From an uncultured Verrucomicrobiae bacterium (GTDB lineage Bacteria; Verrucomicrobiota; Verrucomicrobiia; Limisphaerales; Palsa-1400), in the NCBI GenBank assembly GCA_963707025.1, contig CAVPOM010000012.1, positions 352,001 to 416,000 on the forward strand: DNA of 64,000 bases. The letters are read 5' to 3'. Shown one piece after another: positions 29,601 through 38,433 of the stretch. A program made the translations under genes and the position numbers. The stretch's first letter is position 1; each line of letters starts with the position of its first letter. The notes under the pieces were generated by a model. It made no database searches. It was given only the letters and a program-made list of their open reading frames with translations, and was not told the origin of the DNA.

Positions 29601-32600
29601 GGTGGTGGACAACACGATTTTCGGGGCAGCGGTCAGCGACAACGAAGTGACGACGCTGAACGGGACCGGCGGTTTGGAAACCATAACGACGGCCGGGGGC
29701 GATCAGGACTACACGAAGGCGGTGACGTTGGGAGCGGCCACGATCTTGAACAGCGGGACCATTGAACTGGCCGGGGTGACGGGAGGGGGCTTCGGTTTGA
29801 CGCTGAACAACACGGGCGTGGCGACGTTGAACGGGGCGGAGAGCGGATTGGGGACGCTGACGGCCGGCGGCAGCGGGACGCTGGTGGTGAACAACACGAT
29901 TTCCGGGGCAGCGGTCAGCGACAACGAAGTGACGACGCTGAACGGGACCGGCGGTGCCGAGACCATAACGACGCTCGCGGGCGATCAGGACTACACGAAG
30001 GCGGTGACGTTGGGAGCGGCCACAACGCTGAACAGCGGAACCATTGAACTGGCTGGGGTGACGGGAGCGGGCTTTGGTTTGACGCTAAACAACACGGGCG
30101 TGGCGACGTTGAACGGGGCGGAGAGCGGATTGGGAACATTGACGGCCAGCGGGAGCGGGACCTTGGCGGTGGACAACACGATTTCCGGTGCAGCGGTCAG
30201 CGACAACGAAATGACGACGCTGAACGGGACCGGCGGTTTGGAGACCATAACGACGCTCGCGGGCGATCAGGACTACATGAAGGCAGTGACGTTGGGAGCG
30301 GCCACGATCTTGAACAGCGGGACCATTGAACTGGCCGGGGTGACGGGAGGGGGCTTCGGTTTGACGCTGAACAACACGGGCGTGGCGACGTTGAACGGGG
30401 CGGAGAGCGGATTGGGGACATTGACGGCCAGCGGCAGCGGGACCCTGGTGGTGGACAACACGATTTCCGGGGCAGCGGTCAGCGACAACGAAGTGACGGC
30501 GTTGAACGGGGCTGGCGGTGCCGAGATCATAACGACGCTCGTGGGGGATCAGGACTACATGAAGGCGGTGACGTTGGGAGCGGCCACGACGCTGAACAGC
30601 GGGACTATTGAACTGGCCGGGGTGACGGGAGCGGGCTTTGATTTGACGCTGAACAACACGGGCGTGGCGACGTTGAACGGGGCGGAGAGCGGCGTTGGCG
30701 TCCTGACGGCCTCGGCCAGCGCCGGAGCATCGTTGACGGTGGACAACACGATTTCAGCCGGGACGCTAACTGACAACCAGGCCACGACGCTCAACGGAAC
30801 GGGCGGCAGCGAGACGATCACCACCACGGGCGGAGACCAGGATTACACCAAGGGTGTGACGCTGGGAGCGCCCACCATCTTGAACAGCGGGACGATCGAA
30901 CTGGCGGTGGTGACGGGGGGCGGCAACAGCCTGACGTTGAACAATACCGGAGCGGCGACCTTGAACGGAGCGGAGAGCGGATTGGGGACGTTGACGGCCA
31001 GCGGGAGCGGGACCCTGGCGGTGGACAACACGATTTCCGGGGCAGCGGTCAGCGACAACGAAGTGACGGCGCTGAACGGGACCGGCGGCTTGGAGACCAT
31101 AACGACGCTCGCGGGCGATCAGGACTACACGAAGGCGGTGACTTTGGGAGCGGCCACGATCTTGAACAGCGGGACCATTGAACTGGCCGGGGTGACGGGA
31201 GGGGGCTTCGATTTGACGCTGAACAACACGGGTGTGGCGACGTTGAGCGGGGCGGAGAGCGGATTGGGGACATTGACGGCCAGCGGCAGCGGGACCCTGG
31301 CAGTGAACAACACGATTTCCGGGGCAGCGGTGAGCGACCTCGAAGTGACGACGCTGAATGGGACCGGCGGTTTGGAGACCATAACGACCATCGGGGGTGA
31401 TCAGGACTACACGAAGACGGTGACGTTGGGAGGGGCCGCGACCTTGAACAGCGGGACCATTGAACTGGCCGGGGTGACGGGAGGGGGCTTTGATTTGACG
31501 CTCAACAACACGGGCATGGCGACGTTGAACGGGGCGGAGAGCGGATTGGGGACGTTGACGGCCAGCGGGAGCGGGACCTTGGCGGTGGACAACACGATTT
31601 CCGGGGCAGCGGTCAGCGACAACGAAGTAACGACGCTGAACGGGACCGGCGGTGCCGAGACCATAACGACGCTCGCGGGCGATCAGGACTACACGAAGGC
31701 GGTGACGTTGGGAGCGGCCACGGCGCTGAACAGCGGGACCATTGAACTGGCCGGGGTGACGGGAGCGGGCTTTGGTTTGACGCTGAACAACACGGGCGCG
31801 GCGATGTTGAACGGGGCGGAGAGCGGATTGGGGACGCTGACGGCCAGCGGCAGCGGGACCCTGGTGGTGGACAACACGATTTCCGGGGCAGCGGTCAGTG
31901 ACAACGAAGTGACGACGCTGAACGGGACCGGCGGTTTGGAGACCATAACGACCATCGGGGGCGATCAGGACTACACGAAGGCGGTGACGTTGGGAGCGGC
32001 CACGATGTTGAACAGCGCGACCATTGAACTGGCGGGGGTGACGGGAGCGGGCTTTGGTTTGACGCTAAACAACACGGGCGTGGCGATGTTGAACGGGGCG
32101 GAGAGCGGTTTGGGGACATTGACGGCCAGCGACAGCGGGACCCTGGTGGTGAACAATACGATTTCCGGGGCAGCGGTCAGCGACAACGAAGTGACGACGC
32201 TGAACGGGACCGGCGGTGCCGAGACCATAACGACCACCGGGGGCGATCAGGACTACACGAAGACGGTGACCTTGGGAGGGGCCACGACTTTGAACAGCGG
32301 GACTATTGAATTGGCGGGGGTGACGGGAGGGGCCCATAACTTGACGCTGAACAACACGGGCGCGGCGACGTTGAGCGGGGCGGAGAGCGGATTGGGGACG
32401 CTGACGGCCAGCGGGAGCGGGACCCTGGTGGTGGACAACACGATTTCCGGCGCAGCGGTGAACGACGGCGAAGTGACGAAGCTGAACGGGACCGGCGGCA
32501 GCGAAAACATCACCACAAGCGGAGGAGGCCAGACTTATGGCGCTGCGGTGACCCTGGGCGCCAACACCACGGTCAATGACACCGGCAGCGGGAATATAAC

Positions 32601-33486
32601 CTTTGGCGGGAAAGTGGACGCGGACCTCGCGGCAAATGACCGGACACTGACGGTGGAAAGCGCAGGGACCACGACGTTCAAGGATCAGGTCGGCGGAGTG
32701 CAGGCTTTGCAAAGTTTGACGGTGGACGACCTGCCGGGGGACGCGGGCGGGGCGATCACGCTGGGCAACGCGGCGACCGACTTGGCGATGGCGGTCACGA
32801 CGCAGGGTGGCGGGCAGCAATACGGCGAAAACAGCGCCTCGCCGCAAGACCCGGCGAACCGGCTCAACCCGGTCAACCATGCCAATCCGGTCACTTTGGG
32901 AGCCAACACCACGCTCAGTGACAGTGCTGGCGGCAATATCGTTTTTGACGGGAAGGTGGACGCCGCCGCGGCGGGCGCCCAAGGGCTGGCGGTGAATACT
33001 GCGGGGACCACCGAAGCCACGGGGAATACGATCTTCAATGATCAAGTCGGGAGCGTGCAGCCGCTCGCGAGTTTGTCGGTGGATGCTCATGTCAGCGGGG
33101 AGATCATCCTGGGCAACCCGAATACCGGCACGGCGATGCTGGTGGATGTGGCGGGCGCGGTGACGGTGGGGCAGTCGGCCAGCGTGGATGTGCAAGCGGT
33201 GCCGGGCGTGGTTGTTCGCAGTGGTCTTACGGGTTCACAGTCCTACCCCCCCGCACCGGGTTCATGGGAAACTTCCAATCCGTTGGTGCAGGAGCCTGAC
33301 GGCCTGGCTATCAATAACCAGGGCGAAGTGAACCTGGAAAACGTCATCAAAGGTATTTATAATACCAAGCGGGAGAAGATCGTTGTCACCCCCAAGGCCG
33401 TCGTGCAAAACCAAAAGGCCACAGAAGTTCCACCCGGGGAATTCCTAACGCGAAGTGGCAACATTAAAAACGCGCCGCAGCCCTGA
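26623..33486 (+). CDS. TpsA filamentous-haemagglutinin-like exoprotein (2287 aa)
   Basis: Signal peptide; TPS domain (INQNSSRAVIDWNSFSI, AVLNRV, VYLINPSG); GGQVEVSG…LLIDP; beta-helix repeats; upstream of tpsB. Confidence 0.92.
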   Translation: MKLLNLFRPCLSVAFFALAQAVALANPGGGVVVAGAATFGGSPSALTINQNSSRAVIDWNSFSIGAGQSTTFRFYGPAGAGSAVLNRVSPGAGPTIINGLLNSFVGGGNVVGGSVYLINPSGLLIGARGAINVGSFVGTTLSVDNSSFMQGAGALTLGGPNAAPGSAAAINNQGNINALGGDIFLIAQQVENSGSLSGNHVGLAAGSYVQINQPGQPGAERISILAGNPSTSGGAGVQNTASGVIQAVTAELAAAGGNIYALAIRNDGMVHANTITSEGGHIYLTAGGGNILNTGVLAANNSSGNGGSITINAGHNASAPSTVVNTGSIEARGEAGNGGTVEITGDQLTLASGSLVDVSGRSGGGTALIGGGPHGADASVPNASRTTVAAGAVIDADALSSGQGGQVVVWGTDSLQFDGAITARGGAGGGNGGQVEVSGHNNYEFSGTVDTSAPHGSVGHLLIDPTDLTIDNNNTGDTAAHLYWGTLTHLLTLNDVSVTTVGSLPNGADTGALTTAGSVDLNSIYDLTLQAQGLLTVGGAIRNSLSGSLTLDSVGAGITIGAPITLAGGGLTLTSAGAMAINYDLTAGSVSAHSGISGAGDLSFGAGVTVQADSQSYQAGIGNGGSAAGPQAFLSLNTPNFWNSAGTASAVTFGYRQDGSVATYIPAASQFFNGTPPANYSIRSDGGNLTINTGADLAGSALTLQAHGTLSIDDDLSLTSLSATANAVALNGTGGSETITTTGGDQSYMGTVTLGAATTLNSGTIELAAVTGGGFDLTLNNTGVATLNGAESGLGTLTASGSGTLVVNNTISGAAVSDNEVTALNGTGGAETLTTVGGDQDYMKAVTLGAATTLNSGTIELAGVTGAGFGLTLNNTGAATLNGAESGLGTLTASGSGTLAVDNTISGAAVSDNEVTTLNGTGGAETITTTAGDQDYMKAVTLGAATTLNSGTIELAGVTGADFGLTLNNTGAATLNGAESGLGTLTASGSGTLVVDNTIFGAAVSDNEVTTLNGTGGLETITTAGGDQDYTKAVTLGAATILNSGTIELAGVTGGGFGLTLNNTGVATLNGAESGLGTLTAGGSGTLVVNNTISGAAVSDNEVTTLNGTGGAETITTLAGDQDYTKAVTLGAATTLNSGTIELAGVTGAGFGLTLNNTGVATLNGAESGLGTLTASGSGTLAVDNTISGAAVSDNEMTTLNGTGGLETITTLAGDQDYMKAVTLGAATILNSGTIELAGVTGGGFGLTLNNTGVATLNGAESGLGTLTASGSGTLVVDNTISGAAVSDNEVTALNGAGGAEIITTLVGDQDYMKAVTLGAATTLNSGTIELAGVTGAGFDLTLNNTGVATLNGAESGVGVLTASASAGASLTVDNTISAGTLTDNQATTLNGTGGSETITTTGGDQDYTKGVTLGAPTILNSGTIELAVVTGGGNSLTLNNTGAATLNGAESGLGTLTASGSGTLAVDNTISGAAVSDNEVTALNGTGGLETITTLAGDQDYTKAVTLGAATILNSGTIELAGVTGGGFDLTLNNTGVATLSGAESGLGTLTASGSGTLAVNNTISGAAVSDLEVTTLNGTGGLETITTIGGDQDYTKTVTLGGAATLNSGTIELAGVTGGGFDLTLNNTGMATLNGAESGLGTLTASGSGTLAVDNTISGAAVSDNEVTTLNGTGGAETITTLAGDQDYTKAVTLGAATALNSGTIELAGVTGAGFGLTLNNTGAAMLNGAESGLGTLTASGSGTLVVDNTISGAAVSDNEVTTLNGTGGLETITTIGGDQDYTKAVTLGAATMLNSATIELAGVTGAGFGLTLNNTGVAMLNGAESGLGTLTASDSGTLVVNNTISGAAVSDNEVTTLNGTGGAETITTTGGDQDYTKTVTLGGATTLNSGTIELAGVTGGAHNLTLNNTGAATLSGAESGLGTLTASGSGTLVVDNTISGAAVNDGEVTKLNGTGGSENITTSGGGQTYGAAVTLGANTTVNDTGSGNITFGGKVDADLAANDRTLTVESAGTTTFKDQVGGVQALQSLTVDDLPGDAGGAITLGNAATDLAMAVTTQGGGQQYGENSASPQDPANRLNPVNHANPVTLGANTTLSDSAGGNIVFDGKVDAAAAGAQGLAVNTAGTTEATGNTIFNDQVGSVQPLASLSVDAHVSGEIILGNPNTGTAMLVDVAGAVTVGQSASVDVQAVPGVVVRSGLTGSQSYPPAPGSWETSNPLVQEPDGLAINNQGEVNLENVIKGIYNTKREKIVVTPKAVVQNQKATEVPPGEFLTRSGNIKNAPQP
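28810..32482 (+). repeat. 13 tandem 282-bp (94-aa) intragenic repeats
   Basis: LNGTGGxETITTxxGDQDY…LNSGTIEL…LNGAESGLGTL period; one unit is 6 bp longer and divergent. Confidence 0.92.
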
Positions 33487-33519
33487 TCGCACCATCTTGC
33501 TACTAAGGAACCAAACAGC

Positions 33520-35271
33520 ATGCTTATTAAGAACTTATTAATAATCGTTGGACTCGTTTCGATTTTGCAACCGGCGGCGGGGTTGGCCCAGAATTCCCCC
33601 GCGCCTGAAGACAGGCCGTTGCCCGGATTGGAGCAGCTCAAGGGAATTATCGTCCTTGGTTCCACCAACGATTTCAAGGCTGAAGGCGTTTCCGGGGTGA
33701 CGGGCATATTGGTCAAAGGCCCCGCCTTTCTGAAGGAGCGCCAGGCGCTGGTTTCCAAAACCTTGGAGCACTATTTTGGCAAACCGCTGACCCCCTCGGC
33801 CATGACGAACCTCCAAACCGATTTGGTCGTGCTCTGCCGCGTTTTGGATCGTCCGGTGGTGGATGTCTTCTTTCCGGGCGACCGCCAGGAGATCAAGGAC
33901 GCCACGGTGCAGATCATGGTCTATGAAGGAAAAGTGGACCGTGTCGTTGTCAAGCATGAAGGCAAAGCGTGGTTTAGCGACCGGATGTTGACCAATCGCA
34001 TCCGATTGAAACCGGGCGACAGCATCGCCCAGGGCGAATTGCTCAAGGATGTCGGCCGGTTGAACCTCAATCCTCAGTTCCGTGAAGTCAACGTCGCCTA
34101 TGAGCAAGCGTCCTGGACCGACCAGTCCGCCGACGGTCATGGGACGACCACGGTGGATTTGGATGTCAAGGAGCGTTTTCCCTTCCGGTTTTTTGCGGGC
34201 TATGACGACTACGGCCTGAAGATTCTCGGTGAAGACCAGATCTTCGCCGGGTTCAATTACGGCAATGTTTTTGGAAAGGACCAGCAGCTCAATTATCAAT
34301 ACACGACTGATTTGAGCCTTGATCGGTTGCAGGGGCACTCCGCCAGCTATGTGATTCCCCTGCCGTGGTGGGGGAACACTTTCAGGTTTTTCGGCAACTA
34401 TAACAGTGTCAAACCGGATCTGGCCCAGATCGGCTTTCCGGCCATCACCTATAATAATGGGCGGACCTACCAGGCCAGCCTGCGCTACACCGTTCCATTG
34501 CCGGGCTGGATTGGACTCAAACAAGATATTTCCGTTGGATTTGACTATAAAAGCGCGAACACGCCTGCGTTATTTGGAAAGGTGGTGCTCAATCCCTACA
34601 AGGCTGATGTAGATCAAGCGGCCGTGGACTATAACGCCTATTTGAAGGATCGGCTGGGTTACTCCCAGGTTTCCGGGAGCGGCTATTATAGCCCGGGAGG
34701 ACTGTTGGGCGCGAATAAGGACAGCGACTATGCCACCTTCGGGCCGCCGCTGAGATCCAGTTATTACTACGGGCGGATTGAGGGGGAGCGCGCCTTCAAC
34801 CTGCCATTGGGATTGCAGTTGCGCGGCAAGGCAGGCTGGCAGCAGGCCAGCACCGGCTTGCTGCCCAGCGAGCAGCTCTACCTCGGGGGCAACGCCTTGC
34901 TGCGGGGCTATCCGGAAAGCATAGAATCGGGCGATCAAGGATGGTTTGCCACCGCCGAGTTGCATTCGCCGCTCATCCCGACCGGCAATTTGACGCGGCA
35001 GCACAATCTTCCCAATGTTGACAATCTCCATCCCGATACCCTGGATGTTTTTGGTTTCATTGATTACGGTTCTGTCCAGCCGGTCAGCCCCAATCCCGGT
35101 TCCAGCGTCACCCTGAATTCCGCGGGCGGTGGGCTGGTCTGGCACATCAGCCAGTATTTCCTGGCCAATGTCGCCTACGGCTTCCAAATGAAGAGTCTGC
35201 CCGCCAACACGCCCGCACCCCTGAGCAAGGACAAGAGCAGACTGCACGTTTCCGCGACCATTTCATTCTGA
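33520..35271 (+). CDS. TpsB (ShlB/FhaC/HecB-family) outer-membrane transporter
   Basis: Signal peptide, POTRA region (VQIMVYEGKV, LNLNP), LPSEQLYLGG..LRGY, GDQGW..TAEL, FIDYG, terminal Phe. Confidence 0.9.
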   Translation: MLIKNLLIIVGLVSILQPAAGLAQNSPAPEDRPLPGLEQLKGIIVLGSTNDFKAEGVSGVTGILVKGPAFLKERQALVSKTLEHYFGKPLTPSAMTNLQTDLVVLCRVLDRPVVDVFFPGDRQEIKDATVQIMVYEGKVDRVVVKHEGKAWFSDRMLTNRIRLKPGDSIAQGELLKDVGRLNLNPQFREVNVAYEQASWTDQSADGHGTTTVDLDVKERFPFRFFAGYDDYGLKILGEDQIFAGFNYGNVFGKDQQLNYQYTTDLSLDRLQGHSASYVIPLPWWGNTFRFFGNYNSVKPDLAQIGFPAITYNNGRTYQASLRYTVPLPGWIGLKQDISVGFDYKSANTPALFGKVVLNPYKADVDQAAVDYNAYLKDRLGYSQVSGSGYYSPGGLLGANKDSDYATFGPPLRSSYYYGRIEGERAFNLPLGLQLRGKAGWQQASTGLLPSEQLYLGGNALLRGYPESIESGDQGWFATAELHSPLIPTGNLTRQHNLPNVDNLHPDTLDVFGFIDYGSVQPVSPNPGSSVTLNSAGGGLVWHISQYFLANVAYGFQMKSLPANTPAPLSKDKSRLHVSATISF

Positions 35272-35366
35272 CGGGAATTCCTGTTGGTCCATGAGACCGC
35301 TTGCTTGAGCCAAACTAAAGATCAAATCAACCGCGATGCAAAAGTGCCGGTGCCGGGCAAGGTATT

Positions 35367-36212
35367 ATGAGTGAAACCATACTGAATGAAGCTGAGTGGG
35401 CTGAGTACTCGGCGGCGCGCCTCAAGGCGGTGTGGGTGGATTTTGCGGAGGCCGCGCCGGAGCAGCGCGCGCAGTATTTGAAGGAGGAACTATCCCGCGC
35501 CATCAAGCCGATACCCGGCGGTTACCGCAAGAACTACCTGGGGCGGTTGCGCATGAAGTTCCCGGCTTTTGCGCCGGCGGCGGCGCCGGCGCGGGCTGAG
35601 CCGGCCGACGACACCACGCCGGTGGAAACAGCCCCCTACGCGGAGCTTGTCCAGGCCTTGCTGCTTCGCATTGGCGCCATGAAGGCCGATGAAAAAGCAG
35701 ACTTGGCCCGGCAACTCGGACCGGTCCTGCCATTTCCAAAGCCCGCCCCGGTGGCGGCCCCGGCCCCGGCAGGCCACGCCAAGGATCGTGAAGCGCTGGA
35801 GGCGGCTTTGAACAATTTCGCGATGCTGGAAAACCTGGGCTGGAGAATCTGGAAGGAAATGGCCCCGCAAGGCGAGGTGAAGAAGGAGGGAGATCTTAGC
35901 AACCAGTCCATGGATTACTTCCGGGGCAAGAACGAGGTTCTTCCCCAGTTGAAAGAAACCATGGTCAGGAACCGGATGGTGATCGGAGCTCTGCTGATGG
36001 CGATCCCCGGAGGGCTGCAAAAATATGCCAACGATTTTTATGGCACTTTCAGTCCTGACTACATTACGGCCGCCTTCGGCACCAGCGAGAAGAAATGTTG
36101 GTCCGAGTATGTCAAGCTGGCCAAGCAAGACTTTCCGATCGCCCAGGCCATCAGCTTTAAAATCAGGGGCTATATCGGCCAGTATGCCGAGGGCGTGATG
36201 AAAAAATCCTGA
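35367..36212 (+). CDS. Hypothetical T6SS-associated protein; C-terminus resembles the Fha/TagH C-terminal domain, no FHA domain
   Basis: GALLMAIPGG…FSPDYI…KKCWSEY resembles the Fha C-terminal pattern (ALxA…FxP…KAxxWxxY); ends 2 nt before tssK. Confidence 0.55.
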   Translation: MSETILNEAEWAEYSAARLKAVWVDFAEAAPEQRAQYLKEELSRAIKPIPGGYRKNYLGRLRMKFPAFAPAAAPARAEPADDTTPVETAPYAELVQALLLRIGAMKADEKADLARQLGPVLPFPKPAPVAAPAPAGHAKDREALEAALNNFAMLENLGWRIWKEMAPQGEVKKEGDLSNQSMDYFRGKNEVLPQLKETMVRNRMVIGALLMAIPGGLQKYANDFYGTFSPDYITAAFGTSEKKCWSEYVKLAKQDFPIAQAISFKIRGYIGQYAEGVMKKS

Positions 36213-36214
36213 TT

Positions 36215-37582
36215 ATGTCACCACAAATTCACTGGCACGAGGGACTGTTCTTGCAACCCCATCATTTGCAAATGATGCAGCGGGGCATCGGGCTGCGGGC
36301 CGAGTCGGAATGGAAACTGGTCTGGCCCTACGCTTACGGGGTGGTGGAAGCGACTTTGTTGCGTGACGATTTGGAGGACATGCGGGTGCGTTTTGCCAAG
36401 TTGCGCGTCATCATGCCCGGCGGGACGGAGGTCAGTTTCCCCGAGGCCGCCGAATTGCCGGCCTTGGACATACGGCCCATGTTTGCCCGGCCCGGCATCA
36501 AGTTTTTCGATGTCTTTTTGGGAGTGCCGCTGTGGATGAAGGATCGAGCCAACACCTTCCGGCCCGAACAGCAGGCTGATCCCCGCGTGAAGCTGCTCTA
36601 CCGCCTCAAGGAGGCTTCCTGCCCGGATGAAAACACCGGGGAGAATCCAAAGGACATCCAGTTTAGAATGGTCAACGCCCGTTTGATGTTTGATTTTGAG
36701 GACCGGAGCGACATGGAGGTTTTGCCGTTGCTGCGCATCAAGAAAGGCGTGGGAGATGACGAGGGCCGGCCGCGGCTGGATCCGGAGTTTGCCTACCCCT
36801 CGCTGGTGCTCAATGCGTCGCCGGTTTTGCGCGACTTGGTTCGCGCCTTGACCAGCCAGGTGGATGCCACCCGGGACGAACTGGACCGGCAATTGCACAA
36901 GGGTGGCATCGGGCTGGAACAAAAGGTGGAAATGACCGCGCGGCTGATGCTGTTGAGCCGGTTCTCGGCCAAAATGCTGTCGCTGGTCGAGGCTCCCAAC
37001 GTGCCGCTTTATGGCGTTTACCTGGAACTGCGGACGTTTCTGGCGGAGTTGGCGGCTTTTCGGCCGGGCCAGGCCGTGTTTGCGGCGGCGGCCTATGATC
37101 ACGAGAATCCGTATCCGGTTTTCAAGGAATTAGACATAAAAATCCGGCGCGAGATCAAACCGGCGGGGGGTGTGTTTCTCAAGGTGCCCTTTGAGATGAC
37201 GGCGCAGAAGACGGCGCAGATCCCCGTGGCCAAGCTGACGAGCGAGCACTTTACCAAACCCAACGCCTATTACCTGGCGGTCAAGACCAAGGCGGATCCG
37301 ACCGCCCTGGCGCGGTATGTCGAGGACGGCCACAAGTTTAAGCTGATGCCCTTGAGCATGTGGAGCGCGGCGATCTTTGGCATCACCCTGCAGGAGCAGC
37401 GGATTCCGCCGCTGGAATTTCCCAGCCAGGCGGGCCTCTACTACTTCCTTTTGCAGGTCAAGGACAACGCGGCGCGCTGGGATCAGATTCAGAACGAAAT
37501 GGCCATGGCCATCAATTATAAACAGGCGGACTTGAATCTTTCGGACGCGGAATTTACTTTATACATGACGGTGCCATCCTGA
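36215..37582 (+). CDS. tssK: T6SS baseplate subunit TssK
   Basis: IHWHEGLFLQPHHLQ, PYAYGV, IMPGGT, YDHENP. Confidence 0.92.
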   Translation: MSPQIHWHEGLFLQPHHLQMMQRGIGLRAESEWKLVWPYAYGVVEATLLRDDLEDMRVRFAKLRVIMPGGTEVSFPEAAELPALDIRPMFARPGIKFFDVFLGVPLWMKDRANTFRPEQQADPRVKLLYRLKEASCPDENTGENPKDIQFRMVNARLMFDFEDRSDMEVLPLLRIKKGVGDDEGRPRLDPEFAYPSLVLNASPVLRDLVRALTSQVDATRDELDRQLHKGGIGLEQKVEMTARLMLLSRFSAKMLSLVEAPNVPLYGVYLELRTFLAELAAFRPGQAVFAAAAYDHENPYPVFKELDIKIRREIKPAGGVFLKVPFEMTAQKTAQIPVAKLTSEHFTKPNAYYLAVKTKADPTALARYVEDGHKFKLMPLSMWSAAIFGITLQEQRIPPLEFPSQAGLYYFLLQVKDNAARWDQIQNEMAMAINYKQADLNLSDAEFTLYMTVPS

Positions 37583-37614
37583 GCAGGGGCATCTGTCTGC
37601 CGCCGGCGCGACGA

Positions 37615-38406
37615 GTGAAAACTGAGCAACCATTTGATTGGGGAGGACAGGAAGGGCGCAAGGAATCGGCCGCACCCCGCAGGCGCCCGGCGCGGGAGGA
37701 GGAGAGTCCCGCGCCCTCCTATGTGGATCTGGTGGAGCCTCTCTTCCAGTATATCTGCAAGGTGAACCGGGGCGCGAAATCGGTGAGTCCGGTCACGGGG
37801 AACCTGGCGGTGGTGCGGGGCGATGTCGAGAACATTCTGCAGAAAATATCGGCCAAGGCCAACAAGGACGTGACTCTGGCCCGGCTGCACGCGAAAATGG
37901 AAAAGCCGCTGGTGTATTATGTGGATTCGGTCATTGAGCAGAGCAACCTGACGATTGCGGCGGAATGGGGCCAGCAGCGGCTGGCGGCGATTCGCTGGAA
38001 CGATCTGGCCGGCGACCAGGCTTTTTTCAATCTCTTGGATGCGGAGTTGGCGGCGCAATCGGAAAGTTCGGAGCAGGCTCTGGCCGTATTCTATCTCTGT
38101 CTGTGCCTTGGGTTCACCGGCATGCACGCCGGCCAGCCCGTCGCCATTAACGGCCTCATCAGCCGGATCGCGCCGCGCATTCGTTCGCTGGTGGAGAGCG
38201 ACCTGAACGCGCGGATTTGCGAGTTGGCGTATGAGGTGCATCGGCCCTTGCCGGCGCCGGTGGGCAGCCGCATCGGGATTATCGTGCTGGTCTTTGTCTT
38301 CGTCACCATCTCGGTGTTGGTGGTGTATTATTCACTCTATATTTCGGCGACCAGCGACTTGCGCACTGCCGTGGATGCCGTCATCGCTCACTCCCCCCCG
38401 TCCTGA
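37615..38406 (+). CDS. tssL: T6SS membrane subunit TssL/DotU (no OmpA domain)
   Basis: YYVDSVI, AGDQAFF, VFYLCLCLGFTG, single C-terminal TM. Confidence 0.88.
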   Translation: MKTEQPFDWGGQEGRKESAAPRRRPAREEESPAPSYVDLVEPLFQYICKVNRGAKSVSPVTGNLAVVRGDVENILQKISAKANKDVTLARLHAKMEKPLVYYVDSVIEQSNLTIAAEWGQQRLAAIRWNDLAGDQAFFNLLDAELAAQSESSEQALAVFYLCLCLGFTGMHAGQPVAINGLISRIAPRIRSLVESDLNARICELAYEVHRPLPAPVGSRIGIIVLVFVFVTISVLVVYYSLYISATSDLRTAVDAVIAHSPPS

Positions 38407-38433
38407 GCGCCGATTGACTCACTTTTGAATTCC

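Noticed and set aside
16580..32482. CRISPR array or non-coding repeat arrays
   Set aside because: Periods of 339, 267 and 282 bp are multiples of three, lie inside open frames and have no unique spacers; no cas genes
26623..33486. CdiA contact-dependent inhibition toxin
   Set aside because: No VENN-type motif, recognisable toxin tip or immunity ORF; tpsB follows directly
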